DNA of 62,864 nucleotides from Candidatus Hydrogenedentota bacterium (GTDB lineage Bacteria; Hydrogenedentota; Hydrogenedentia; Hydrogenedentales; SLHB01): NCBI GenBank assembly GCA_034408725.1, contig JAWXCN010000014.1, positions 1 to 62,864 of the forward strand, read 5' to 3'. Shown piece by piece: positions 40,532 to 49,164 of this stretch (position 1 is its first letter; each line of letters starts with the position of its first letter). The notes under the pieces were generated by a model. It saw only the letters and a program-made list of their open reading frames with translations, ran no database searches and was not told where the DNA came from. The position numbers and the translations under genes were made by a program.

Positions 40532-41845
40532 CTATTGCGCCATCGGCTCCGGCAGTTTTGTTTCGCCAGGCCGCGCGATCGGCGTCTGCGGTGCGGGGCC
40601 GAACTCTAGTTTTTCGGGCATGAGGTTCAGCGGGCTGTTCCACGCCTCTTCCCAGGTCAGGATTTTGCCGGTGTATGCGGCCATGCGCGCGGCGATGCCC
40701 ATGAGTGTGCTTTTGCACATGTATTCGCCGTTGTTGATTGGCGTGCCTTTTCGGATGGCCGCGAAGAATTCGTTGTGTTCGTTCTGGTACATGTCGTCTT
40801 TGTCGGTGGGCACATGCGCCCAGTTTTTTCCGTCGCGCCGGGTGATTTCGTGCGTCATGAGTTGCGCGACGCCGAGCGTGCCCATGATGGTGTCGGATAC
40901 TTCCGTGTCCGTGTTGTCCCATTGCCGGCACGAGCTGTACCCGCGCACGCCGTTGGCATATTCATAGACGGTGTTGAAGTGATCATAGATATTGCCGTAC
41001 TTCTCGTCCGTGCGCACCGCGCGCCCGCCGTTTGCCCAGATGCGCACCGGCGGTTCATCGCCCATCACCCAGGCCAGCTTGTCCAGACTGTGGATGTGCT
41101 GCTCGACATTGAAGTCGCCCGACAACCAGTTGTAGAAATACCAATTCCTGTTCTGGTATTCCATGTCCGTCCATTCCGGCTGACGGTCCTTGGGTTGCCA
41201 CGGCGTGCCGGTGTTATAAACCGTTTGCATCGCTACGACGTCACCGATCTCGCCGTCGTGGATGTGTTTCATGATGTCGCGCTTGGCGTGGTGGTACCGG
41301 TAACACAGGCCGGATACGACCGAGAGATTTTTCTCCGCGGCCATCTTGCAGCTTTCCAGCACTGAGCGCACACCTGCCGGGTCAACCGCGACTGGCTTCT
41401 CGACAAAACAGTGCTTGCCTTGCTCGATGGCGTAGCGGAAGTTCATCGGACGATAGGCCGGCGTTTCGCCAAGAAGGACCACATCGACCGAATCGACGAC
41501 GTGCTTGTACGCGTCGAATCCGGAGAACTGATGGTCCGCATCGACCTGCACGCGGTCAGCGATTGGCGGATAGCTCTTCAGCTTGTTGAGACTTCCTTCC
41601 AGCTTGTCTCCAAACAGATCGCCCATCGCCACGAGCCGGGTGTTCGGGTCCGCCATCAGCGCCTGTTGCGCCGCGCCGGTGCCGCGCCCGCCGCAACCGA
41701 TGAGTCCGACCCGCAAAATGTCACTCTCGGCTGCGTACACGGAATTTGCCGCAAGGATGCGCGTCGTTGCCGCTGCTGCCGCCGCGCTCCCTGCCGCGCG
41801 CATGAAATCACGGCGTGTCGGGCGAGTTGAACTTGTAACCTTCAT
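40532..41845 (-). CDS. Tat-exported Gfo/Idh/MocA oxidoreductase
   Basis: TRRDFM Tat motif; GLIGCGGRGTGA; FVEKP; EQHIHSLD. Confidence 0.92.
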   Translation of the reverse strand: MKVTSSTRPTRRDFMRAAGSAAAAAATTRILAANSVYAAESDILRVGLIGCGGRGTGAAQQALMADPNTRLVAMGDLFGDKLEGSLNKLKSYPPIADRVQVDADHQFSGFDAYKHVVDSVDVVLLGETPAYRPMNFRYAIEQGKHCFVEKPVAVDPAGVRSVLESCKMAAEKNLSVVSGLCYRYHHAKRDIMKHIHDGEIGDVVAMQTVYNTGTPWQPKDRQPEWTDMEYQNRNWYFYNWLSGDFNVEQHIHSLDKLAWVMGDEPPVRIWANGGRAVRTDEKYGNIYDHFNTVYEYANGVRGYSSCRQWDNTDTEVSDTIMGTLGVAQLMTHEITRRDGKNWAHVPTDKDDMYQNEHNEFFAAIRKGTPINNGEYMCKSTLMGIAARMAAYTGKILTWEEAWNSPLNLMPEKLEFGPAPQTPIARPGETKLPEPMAQ

Positions 41846-42136
41846 GAAAAGCTGCTCCTGATATAGGGACCAAACATTGTTTTCCACGGTCAGGGCGCCT
41901 TCTGCGGCGAAAACCGGGATTCGCGTATGGTAGCCAAAACAGGCAGAGCGTTGCCATTTCGGAACGCGCATCCTGCCAAGGTCGCATACACCGACGTAAT
42001 ATCGTCTCGGACACTTCCTACGATTGCGTATTTTTCATCTGCCCGATGCGCGCATTTGCGCGTAGCGTCGTCGCCCACTAACCGTTGGCGAGGCAATTCT
42101 TTATCGGGAGTTATGGCCAGTAGCCAGTATGACGCG

Positions 42137-42152
42137 TGGCACAGGGGTTGCA
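42137..42152 (+). promoter_or_regulatory. Sigma54 (-24/-12) promoter of glnB-glnA
   Basis: TGGCAC-AGGGG-TTGCA matches the consensus TGGCAC-N5-TTGCW, about 140 bp upstream of glnB. Confidence 0.8.
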
Positions 42153-42183
42153 CCCCGGAAATTGGGCGCCAGACCAAGTTTGA

Positions 42184-42630
<447 letters not shown>

Positions 42631-42701
42631 CGAATGTGCGCCCGCCGTCGCACGGGATGACGACGGCGCATCGACAGGGACGGATATGGACGGAGGGAAC
42701 C

Positions 42702-44129
42702 ATGCGTAAAGATTTGAGTCCGAAAGATGTCGTCGACCTAATCAAGAAGGAGAGTGTGAAGTTCGTCGATTTCCGGTTCATGGATTTTCCGGGGCTGATG
42801 CAACACTTCACCGCCCCCGCAAGCGAGTTGACGGTGGACTCGTTCGAGGAAGGTCTTGGTTTCGATGGCTCGAGCATTCGAGGCTGGCAGGCGATCAACG
42901 AGAGCGACATGCTGATGATGCCCGACCCGAAGACGGCCACGATCGATCCATTCACCGAAATCAAGACCATCATTCTCTACTGCAATATTCTCGATCCGAT
43001 CACCAAGCAACGCTATAGCCGGTGTCCGAGGTGCATCGCCCAGAAAGCGGAGAACTACCTGATTTCGACCGGCATCGCGGATACCGCATTCATGGGCCCG
43101 GAAGCCGAATTCTTCGTGTTCGACAATGTCCAGTACGATCAGGCCGCGAACCTTGGTTTCTACAAAGTCGACAGCGTCGAGGGGATTTGGAACAGCGGGC
43201 GCGATGAAGGTGGACACAACCTCGCGAACAAGCTGCGGTATAAGGAAGGGTACTTCCCGGTGCCGCCATCGGATTCGTTACAGGACCTTCGCAGCCGCAT
43301 GGTGCAGACCATGATCGATTGCGGGCTCACCGTCGAAGCGCATCATCACGAAGTGGCCACCGCGGGCCAGTGCGAAATCGATCTCCGGTTTGATTCGCTG
43401 ACAGTCATGGCCGACAAAATGTCGATGTACAAGTACATCATCAAAAACTGCGCGAAGAACGACAACAAGACCGTTACCTTTATGCCAAAGCCGCTCTTCG
43501 GCGACAACGGTTCGGGCATGCACACCCACTTCAGCCTGTGGAAGGGCGGCAAACCGCTCTTTGCCGGCGACAAGTACGCCGGTCTCAGCCAGGAGGCCAT
43601 CTGGGCAATCGGCGGGTTGCTCAAACACGCGCCCGCCCTGGTCGCAATTACGAACCCGACAACGAACTCTTACAGGCGCCTTGTGCCGGGTTACGAAGCC
43701 CCGGTCAATCTTGCGTATTCGAGCCGCAACCGCAGTGCGTGCTGCCGCATCCCGATGTATTCTCCGAGCCCAAAGGCAAAACGCGTCGAGTTCCGCGTGC
43801 CGGACCCGTCCTGTAATCCGTATCTCGCGTTCTCGGCGATTCTCATGGCCGGCATCGATGGAATTCAAAACAAGATCGATCCGGGACAGCCAATGGACAA
43901 GGACCTTTACGATTTGCCGGCGGAGGAAAAGAAAAAGATTCCGCAGACGCCCGGCAGCCTTGCGGAAGCGTTGGATTGCCTCGAGAAGGACCACGAGTTC
44001 TTGCTCAAGGGTGACGTATTCACGAAAGACGTGATCGAAACGTGGATTGATTATAAACGGCAGCGGGAAGTGCTGCCGATGAGCCTTCGGCCCACGCCTT
44101 ACGAATACCATCTTTACTACGACGTGTAA
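42702..44129 (+). CDS. glnA: Glutamine synthetase type I
   Basis: [43 protein letters not shown], adenylylation site DLYDL. Confidence 0.98.
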   Translation: MRKDLSPKDVVDLIKKESVKFVDFRFMDFPGLMQHFTAPASELTVDSFEEGLGFDGSSIRGWQAINESDMLMMPDPKTATIDPFTEIKTIILYCNILDPITKQRYSRCPRCIAQKAENYLISTGIADTAFMGPEAEFFVFDNVQYDQAANLGFYKVDSVEGIWNSGRDEGGHNLANKLRYKEGYFPVPPSDSLQDLRSRMVQTMIDCGLTVEAHHHEVATAGQCEIDLRFDSLTVMADKMSMYKYIIKNCAKNDNKTVTFMPKPLFGDNGSGMHTHFSLWKGGKPLFAGDKYAGLSQEAIWAIGGLLKHAPALVAITNPTTNSYRRLVPGYEAPVNLAYSSRNRSACCRIPMYSPSPKAKRVEFRVPDPSCNPYLAFSAILMAGIDGIQNKIDPGQPMDKDLYDLPAEEKKKIPQTPGSLAEALDCLEKDHEFLLKGDVFTKDVIETWIDYKRQREVLPMSLRPTPYEYHLYYDV

Positions 44130-44155
44130 TCGCGCGTCTGAGGCGTTAAGCGATA

Positions 44156-44192
44156 CGGGGCGATGGCCGTTAGTGCCATCGCCCCGCCGTTC
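44156..44192 (+). terminator. Hairpin downstream of glnA
   Basis: CGGGGCGATGGC / GCCATCGCCCCG stem. Confidence 0.7.
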
Positions 44193-44215
44193 TTAAGAAT
44201 CCAAGCGCAACATTC

Positions 44216-44458
44216 TCAGAGACCGCTTCGAATAATCTCATCCAGCCATGCTTCGCGGTGTAGATAATATTCGCACGAGCCCATTTCATTTACCATCGTC
44301 TCTTCATAGTCCTGAAATTCCGGATTTAGCCGGACGAATATGCGAACGATATTGCGCGTCGGCACCCGATGAGCATCACAGTCTGCCTCGTCACTGCGCA
44401 ATGGCTCAATCCAAGTATCTAATCGATCCAGGACTATTAGCAGGGTACCCATCGCCAT
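44216..44458 (-). CDS. Small hypothetical protein or remnant
   Basis: 80-aa ORF with a G-rich upstream tract; no recognisable family. Confidence 0.35.
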   Translation of the reverse strand: MAMGTLLIVLDRLDTWIEPLRSDEADCDAHRVPTRNIVRIFVRLNPEFQDYEETMVNEMGSCEYYLHREAWLDEIIRSGL

Positions 44459-44654
44459 TTACCCCCGCGTTTGACACCGCATTAAGCGTAGGACGATGAC
44501 GCCAATCTGTCAACAGGAAAATTGACGACTGGCGTGTCTGAATTCTACGCTTTGTGAGTCATCTGATTGGCCGTCGCTTGTTAACCCTGGAGTTCGCCGC
44601 ATTGCCCGGGGGCTCAGGAGTTTGAAACCGATAAGGAAAGGGGAAGGTCAAAAG

Positions 44655-44700
44655 AGAGCAGAAAGAGAAAGCGGGAAGCGCGTTAACGCCCCCCGCTTTC
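44655..44700 (-). terminator. Intrinsic terminator closing the micro-peptide array
   Basis: Minus strand GAAAGCGGG...CCCGCTTTC stem followed by TCTTTCTGCTCTCTTTT. Confidence 0.75.
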
Positions 44701-44719
44701 CAATGGCTGATCGATTGGG

Positions 44720-44785
44720 TTACACGACTTCAAGCAGAATGAAGAGCGCGATGATCCAGACGATCGGGTTTAACCACCAAAACAT
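44720..44785 (-). CDS. Trp-rich hydrophobic micro-peptide P6, MFWWLNPIVWIIALFILLEVV (21 aa)
   Basis: Hand-translated; ACGGAG-ATCTATT-ATG; paralog of P5. Confidence 0.78.
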   Translation of the reverse strand: MFWWLNPIVWIIALFILLEVV

Positions 44786-44839
44786 AATAGATCTCCGTAA
44801 TTGCTTTCAGCCTCGTTGAGGCTTCGTACAATCTTTCGA

Positions 44840-44893
44840 CTATACGACTTCAAGAAGGATGAAAATCAGGATGATCCACCAGATCCACCACAT
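44840..44893 (-). CDS. Trp-rich hydrophobic micro-peptide P5, MWWIWWIILIFILLEVV (17 aa)
   Basis: Hand-translated; ACGGAGG-TTCGGT-ATG; shares FILLEVV* with P6 through synonymous codons. Confidence 0.78.
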   Translation of the reverse strand: MWWIWWIILIFILLEVV

Positions 44894-45004
44894 ACCGAAC
44901 CTCCGTTCTTTCGTTTGGGCCCCTTAGGATGATCCAGCAATTGTTGACGCTGAATCAAAAGATTCGCAATAGGGAGCAGTCACTCCCCGTGCTTAGATCC
45001 GATA

Positions 45005-45070
45005 CTACAGAACTTGGGTCAGGAGAAGGATCAAGCCAATCCACAGATAAACCCAAAAATTGAAAATCAT
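45005..45070 (-). CDS. Hydrophobic micro-peptide P4, MIFNFWVYLWIGLILLLTQVL (21 aa)
   Basis: Hand-translated; ACGGAGG-AATACG-ATG. Confidence 0.75.
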   Translation of the reverse strand: MIFNFWVYLWIGLILLLTQVL

Positions 45071-45200
45071 CGTATTCCTCCGTTTCTCAGTTTTGCCCCA
45101 TCTTCACGATCCAGCGCGAGTGAGGTATCTCAATGTACTATCCCACGCACGAGCCGCTGCTCGCACACGTTAGCCAAGCTTCAAAAGAAAAATTGTTTGC

Positions 45201-45290
45201 TTAAAGCGCCTGGTAGAGAATGACCAAAAGCAGAATCCACCAAAGTGGGTTGAAAAGCCACCACCACGCCATCTTCGGCTCGCCCTTCAT
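45201..45290 (-). CDS. Trp-rich micro-peptide P3, MKGEPKMAWWWLFNPLWWILLLVILYQAL (29 aa)
   Basis: Hand-translated; AAGGAGG-ACGTTCGG-ATG; WWL(F)NP.(W)WI shared with P6. Confidence 0.75.
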   Translation of the reverse strand: MKGEPKMAWWWLFNPLWWILLLVILYQAL

Positions 45291-45387
45291 CCGAACGTCC
45301 TCCTTTTGAACTCTCTACCGTAACTTTGCCACCAATCGCGTTCCGGTTGCGATCAAGGCAAAAGTAGTTCCCCGGACAAGAAAAACG

Positions 45388-45417
45388 ATTGTAGCGGAAC
45401 AGACCAGTAAATTTCAA
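45388..45417 (-). promoter_or_regulatory. Sigma70-like promoter upstream of P3
   Basis: Minus strand TTGAAA-N18-TACAAT. Confidence 0.55.
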
Positions 45418-45537
45418 TACCCGATTATCCGCTAATCATCAGACTGTATCAGGGGGAACCCCAACCTATCGCTACAGTGGCAAGAATATACCACATATCC
45501 GGTGTGTATACAATGGTTTCTTGTATTCGTTACAGAT

Positions 45538-45560
45538 ATTATCGCGGTTACCGCGATAAT
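45538..45560. promoter_or_regulatory. Palindrome, possible operator
   Basis: ATTATCGCGG-TTA-CCGCGATAAT, 10-bp perfect arms. Confidence 0.45.
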
Positions 45561-45561
45561 T

Positions 45562-45600
45562 AAAAAAAGGATGGCGGGCTATTAACCCGCCATCAAAAAT
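45562..45600 (-). terminator. Intrinsic terminator after P2
   Basis: Minus strand GATGGCGGG-TTAATAG-CCCGCCATC followed by C and T7. Confidence 0.78.
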
Positions 45601-45622
45601 AATTCCTCGAAGGCGCCGGAGC

Positions 45623-45706
45623 TTAGGGCAGTACGTTAAGCCAACCACCCTGCGCGAAAACCACGAGGACATACCAAATCGGCCAAAACAACAACAACAA
45701 TAACAT
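45623..45706 (-). CDS. Hydrophobic micro-peptide P2, MLLLLLFWPIWYVLVVFAQGGWLNVLP (27 aa)
   Basis: Hand-translated; GAGGAG-AAAACGAA-ATG; terminator follows. Confidence 0.72.
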   Translation of the reverse strand: MLLLLLFWPIWYVLVVFAQGGWLNVLP

Positions 45707-45902
45707 TTCGTTTTCTCCTCTCGGTTTTAGAAACCGTTCTTTTCCCCTCGGAAACCCCATTCACAGTCTGTTCCGGACCGGGAGAAACAACGAAGCATTT
45801 CGTGCCTGCCTCTCCTTCCGCTTCCGAATAACTCCACTGGCGCGCCGGCGCGAAACCGGTATCGTCAATGTGGAGTCTTAAATCTGTGAAGAAACGGGAA
45901 TC

Positions 45903-45971
45903 TTAGAAAGGATACCAGGTCGAGTACAAAAGAACCCACAGAATCCACACAATCCAGAAGAAAATGAACAT
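45903..45971 (-). CDS. Trp/Phe-rich micro-peptide P1, MFIFFWIVWILWVLLYSTWYPF (22 aa)
   Basis: Hand-translated; AAAGGAGG-ATCTGTTGGT-ATG. Confidence 0.75.
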   Translation of the reverse strand: MFIFFWIVWILWVLLYSTWYPF

Positions 45972-46032
45972 ACCAACAGATCCTCCTTTCCACTTTCGGT
46001 TCGTTGCTCGCCCCCCATGGAGCTTGCGGAGG

Positions 46033-46061
46033 AGTATATCACAAGCCTTAGTCGGATACAA
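46033..46061 (-). promoter_or_regulatory. Sigma70-like promoter upstream of P1
   Basis: Minus strand TTGTAT-N17-TATACT with an extended -10 TG. Confidence 0.6.
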
Positions 46062-46183
46062 CGCCTTGTGCTGGCTAAATTTGGCTAACCCTTTCTAGGG
46101 GTGTTTTTCCCCATTCGAGCCGCCTAGACCCCCATTCCCAAGTTCCGGCATGATAGCCCTACCACTACATGGGAGGTTAATTC

Positions 46184-47803
46184 ATGCCGCAGCTTCCACC
46201 AGTCCTCAGCAGGCGCGCGTTCATTGGTTCCGCCGCCGGGGTCGCAGTCGCGAGTCTCGCCCAACCCGATGCGGGCATCGCATCAAGCGGCCGCCAGCCA
46301 AACGTGCTTTTCGTCATGACCGATCAACAGCGCGCCGATGCCATTCACGGCATGGGGAATTCTGTCATTTACACGCCCAACATGGATCGCCTCGTGCAAC
46401 GCGGCGCGGCCTTCTCGCGCGGTTACTCCACGTGCCCGGTTTGCGTGCCCGCCCGCTACACCATTCGCACGGGCTGCGAGCCGCACACAACCGGCATTTA
46501 CCATAATGGCGCGCCAGACCTCGTTGCGGGCCAGCCGGAAGGCATGGAAGAACGCTGCGGTGATTTCCTCGCGCGGACAATGTCCCGCCTCGGCTACCGC
46601 ACATTCGGCATCGGTAAGTTTCACACGACGCAGCGCAACGAGGACGTCGGTTTCGATACGCACTTGCACAGCGAAGAAATGTACGGTTCGCAGGAGGACC
46701 GCGCGCGCGACGCGTACGCGTCGTATATCGCAAACGAACACCCTCGGTTCAACTACATCGAAGATTTCATGGGCGAACGATCGGCGCACTACTATGTGCC
46801 GCAGACCAGCCTGCTCCCGCCGGAGCTGACCTGCGAGTCGTGGGCGGCGGACCGCGCAGTCGAATTGATCTCCAAACAGGACTCGCGCCCATACTTTGGC
46901 TTTGTATCATTCGTCGGGCCGCACCCGCCCATCGCGCCGCCAATCCCGTTCAACCGCATGTACAACCCCGACAAAATGCCGAATCCCGTGCGCGGAGACG
47001 CGGCAGTGGATGCAATGGACGAACAAATTACCTGGATGAACCACGCCGTCTGGGCGGAGGACATCAACGACTCGCTCGCCCGGAAAATCCGCGCGCGGTA
47101 TTACGGCATGGTTAGCCACATTGATCAGTGTCTCGGTCGCATCCTCGATGCGGTCGAAGCGCGGGACGACGCGGACAACACCGTGATTGTGTTCTACTCC
47201 GATCACGGCGATCACCTCGGCGATCACGGCGGATGGCAAAAGGAAAGCTTTTTCGATGTGGCGTGTCGCGTCCCGTATCTCGTGAGCTGGCCCGCGGCTA
47301 TCGCGCCAAACCAACGTCGCGACGAAATTGTGTGCCTAACCGACCTGTTCGGCATCGCCACCACCGCCGCGGGCACGCAGGACCTACGGCAGGGGAAGGA
47401 CGTGCTAGGCCTGCTCGCCAGAACCGCGCAACCACGTGAACATTTGATCGGGTTGTACGGCATCCCCGGCACGCCACGCGTCAAAGTAATGGTCCGCGAG
47501 AAGGATTGGAAATACATCTATCTCGCCAACGGCGCGCGCGAGCAGTTGTTCAACCTGACCGAAGACCCGATGGAACTGCGCCAGCGGATTGCGGACTCCC
47601 CCGAGGTCGCTGCCCGTCTGAAACGAATCGCCGCGGAATACTGCAACCGCCCTAACCTTGAACGCGCGATAGAAAATAACGCGCTCCGCGCGTTTCCTTT
47701 CGAAGCGAGGCCGCTGCAACGGATTTTGCAGTTTGACCGGTCGCGGGGTGTGAAAGGATTCCCGCAACATCCGTCAGAGGTGGTGACGGGGAAATCGGTT
47801 TAA
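46184..47803 (+). CDS. Tat-exported sulfatase (choline-sulfatase/arylsulfatase-like)
   Basis: SRRAFI; MTDQQR; CVPARYT; GKFH; SDHGDHLGDH. Confidence 0.92.
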   Translation: MPQLPPVLSRRAFIGSAAGVAVASLAQPDAGIASSGRQPNVLFVMTDQQRADAIHGMGNSVIYTPNMDRLVQRGAAFSRGYSTCPVCVPARYTIRTGCEPHTTGIYHNGAPDLVAGQPEGMEERCGDFLARTMSRLGYRTFGIGKFHTTQRNEDVGFDTHLHSEEMYGSQEDRARDAYASYIANEHPRFNYIEDFMGERSAHYYVPQTSLLPPELTCESWAADRAVELISKQDSRPYFGFVSFVGPHPPIAPPIPFNRMYNPDKMPNPVRGDAAVDAMDEQITWMNHAVWAEDINDSLARKIRARYYGMVSHIDQCLGRILDAVEARDDADNTVIVFYSDHGDHLGDHGGWQKESFFDVACRVPYLVSWPAAIAPNQRRDEIVCLTDLFGIATTAAGTQDLRQGKDVLGLLARTAQPREHLIGLYGIPGTPRVKVMVREKDWKYIYLANGAREQLFNLTEDPMELRQRIADSPEVAARLKRIAAEYCNRPNLERAIENNALRAFPFEARPLQRILQFDRSRGVKGFPQHPSEVVTGKSV

Positions 47804-47820
47804 CGCAAGGGTAAGGGCAA

Positions 47821-48217
47821 ATGGGATGTTTTTTTCTCTTGGCGATGGTCTGATGCGGCAGACTTCGATTCGGCTCAATTGCCCTTTATCTCCAAATTTG
47901 AGAAGGGCACGCAACGTCCTGGAAAGCAGCCAGCGAAAACTGGAGGTTTTACTTGTGACGTGAGTGAAAGGGACAACTTATGGGAGCAATTGGAAGATGC
48001 AATTCAGTTTTTGAACAAGCACAGAGGCGACTTGGAAAGAATTTTGAAGTTACCGACGATTGAGTCATGCTATTTGGATTTCGGATATGATTGTCGCCTC
48101 GACGGAAGTACTGTAGTGGTGCAACGGGACTATTTGCCAGTGGAGTTACTTCGCCTCTGTAGCAGTCTTGGAATTGGCATTGGCCTATCTCTTTTTCCTG
48201 CCCTTCGTGTCGATTGA
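47821..48217 (+). CDS. Hypothetical protein, possibly frameshifted at a T7 run near the start
   Basis: ORF 47879-48217 (EQLEDAIQFL...LDFG...LGIGIGLSLF); the ATG at 47821 joins this frame if one T is removed from 47829-47835. Confidence 0.5.
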
Positions 48218-48330
48218 AAAAACCCGCGTCGCGAAAAATGCGGTGCACGTGTTCGCCGAAGTGCATATTGTTCATTGCGCGTCTGCCTGCCGCACGCCTA
48301 TCAAAAGCCGTCCTGCAACAACTCCGGGGA

Positions 48331-49164
48331 TTATGCGCGCCTTTCTTGAGAATAAACGCCGTCCTCGATCTCCGTCACAATGCGAGGCAACTCTGCAATT
48401 CTGTCGATGACGTAGTGCGCCCCCGCATTTTCCAGGCGTTTACGCGCTACGCTGCAACGGGCCGCGCGATCGGATTTGGATAACGCGGCGAACTCTTCCT
48501 GGGTTAACCCGACTTCATTTCCATGTTCTACAACGCCGATGCTCCACATTCCCGCGTTCAACCCCTCGCCAATGTCCGCGACGGTGTCCCCTAGTTTCAC
48601 GCAGGCTGCCATGGGATACACGCCGAGGCGGCTTGCGGCTTCGAGCGCCATCCATGGGGCGGGGCGGCCTTCCTGCACATCGCTGACTGTGACGATGCAA
48701 TCCGGTATATAGCCTGCGTTCGTGGTTATAGGCGTTAACGCAGCCATCATCTCGTCGTTGTAGCCGGTTGTACTGCCGATCTTAATTCCGCGCGCGCGCA
48801 ACGCGGCGATGGTTTCGATTGCGCCTGGAATGATGTCCGCGTGCCGTTTAATCGCTTCGACCTGCAAGGGGACGAATTCGGCGAACATGCTTTCGACATC
48901 GTCTTCGGTTGGACGGCGACTGTGTTGTCTTTCCCATTGCGTGGCGACGTGTTCGAGCCGCGTCAGAATTCGGATATGATCGCGTTTGTGCATGCCCATG
49001 GGGCCGCGAGCTTGCGTTTGGGAAACTTCGATGCCTCTGCGTTTGAACACTTCAATGAATACGGCCGCGGGGGCGCAACATCCGAAATCGACTGTTGTGC
49101 CCGCCCAATCAAAAATGACCGCTTTGATTGGACCAGCGTATCGCGCATCCGGGCTACTTGCCAT
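48331..49164 (-). CDS. phnX: Phosphonoacetaldehyde hydrolase (phosphonatase)
   Basis: IFDWAGTTVDFG, MGMHKRDHI (Schiff-base Lys), GRPAPWM, KLGDT..DIGEGLNAGMW. Confidence 0.94.
   Translation of the reverse strand: MASSPDARYAGPIKAVIFDWAGTTVDFGCCAPAAVFIEVFKRRGIEVSQTQARGPMGMHKRDHIRILTRLEHVATQWERQHSRRPTEDDVESMFAEFVPLQVEAIKRHADIIPGAIETIAALRARGIKIGSTTGYNDEMMAALTPITTNAGYIPDCIVTVSDVQEGRPAPWMALEAASRLGVYPMAACVKLGDTVADIGEGLNAGMWSIGVVEHGNEVGLTQEEFAALSKSDRAARCSVARKRLENAGAHYVIDRIAELPRIVTEIEDGVYSQERRA

Noticed and set aside
45449-45496. Possible seventh micro-peptide MWYILATVAIGWGSP on the minus strand
   Set aside because: No Shine-Dalgarno, and it lies between the P2 terminator and the P3 promoter.
45181-45672. 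Track ORFs 45181-45417, 45472-45672 and 45014-45223
   Set aside because: No RBS or family features; they overlap better-supported micro-ORFs, promoters and terminators.
44655-46061. CRISPR array or RiPP cluster interpretation of the repeated region
   Set aside because: No constant-length identical repeats or cas genes; no modification enzyme, protease or exporter is adjacent, and no leader/core pattern is visible.
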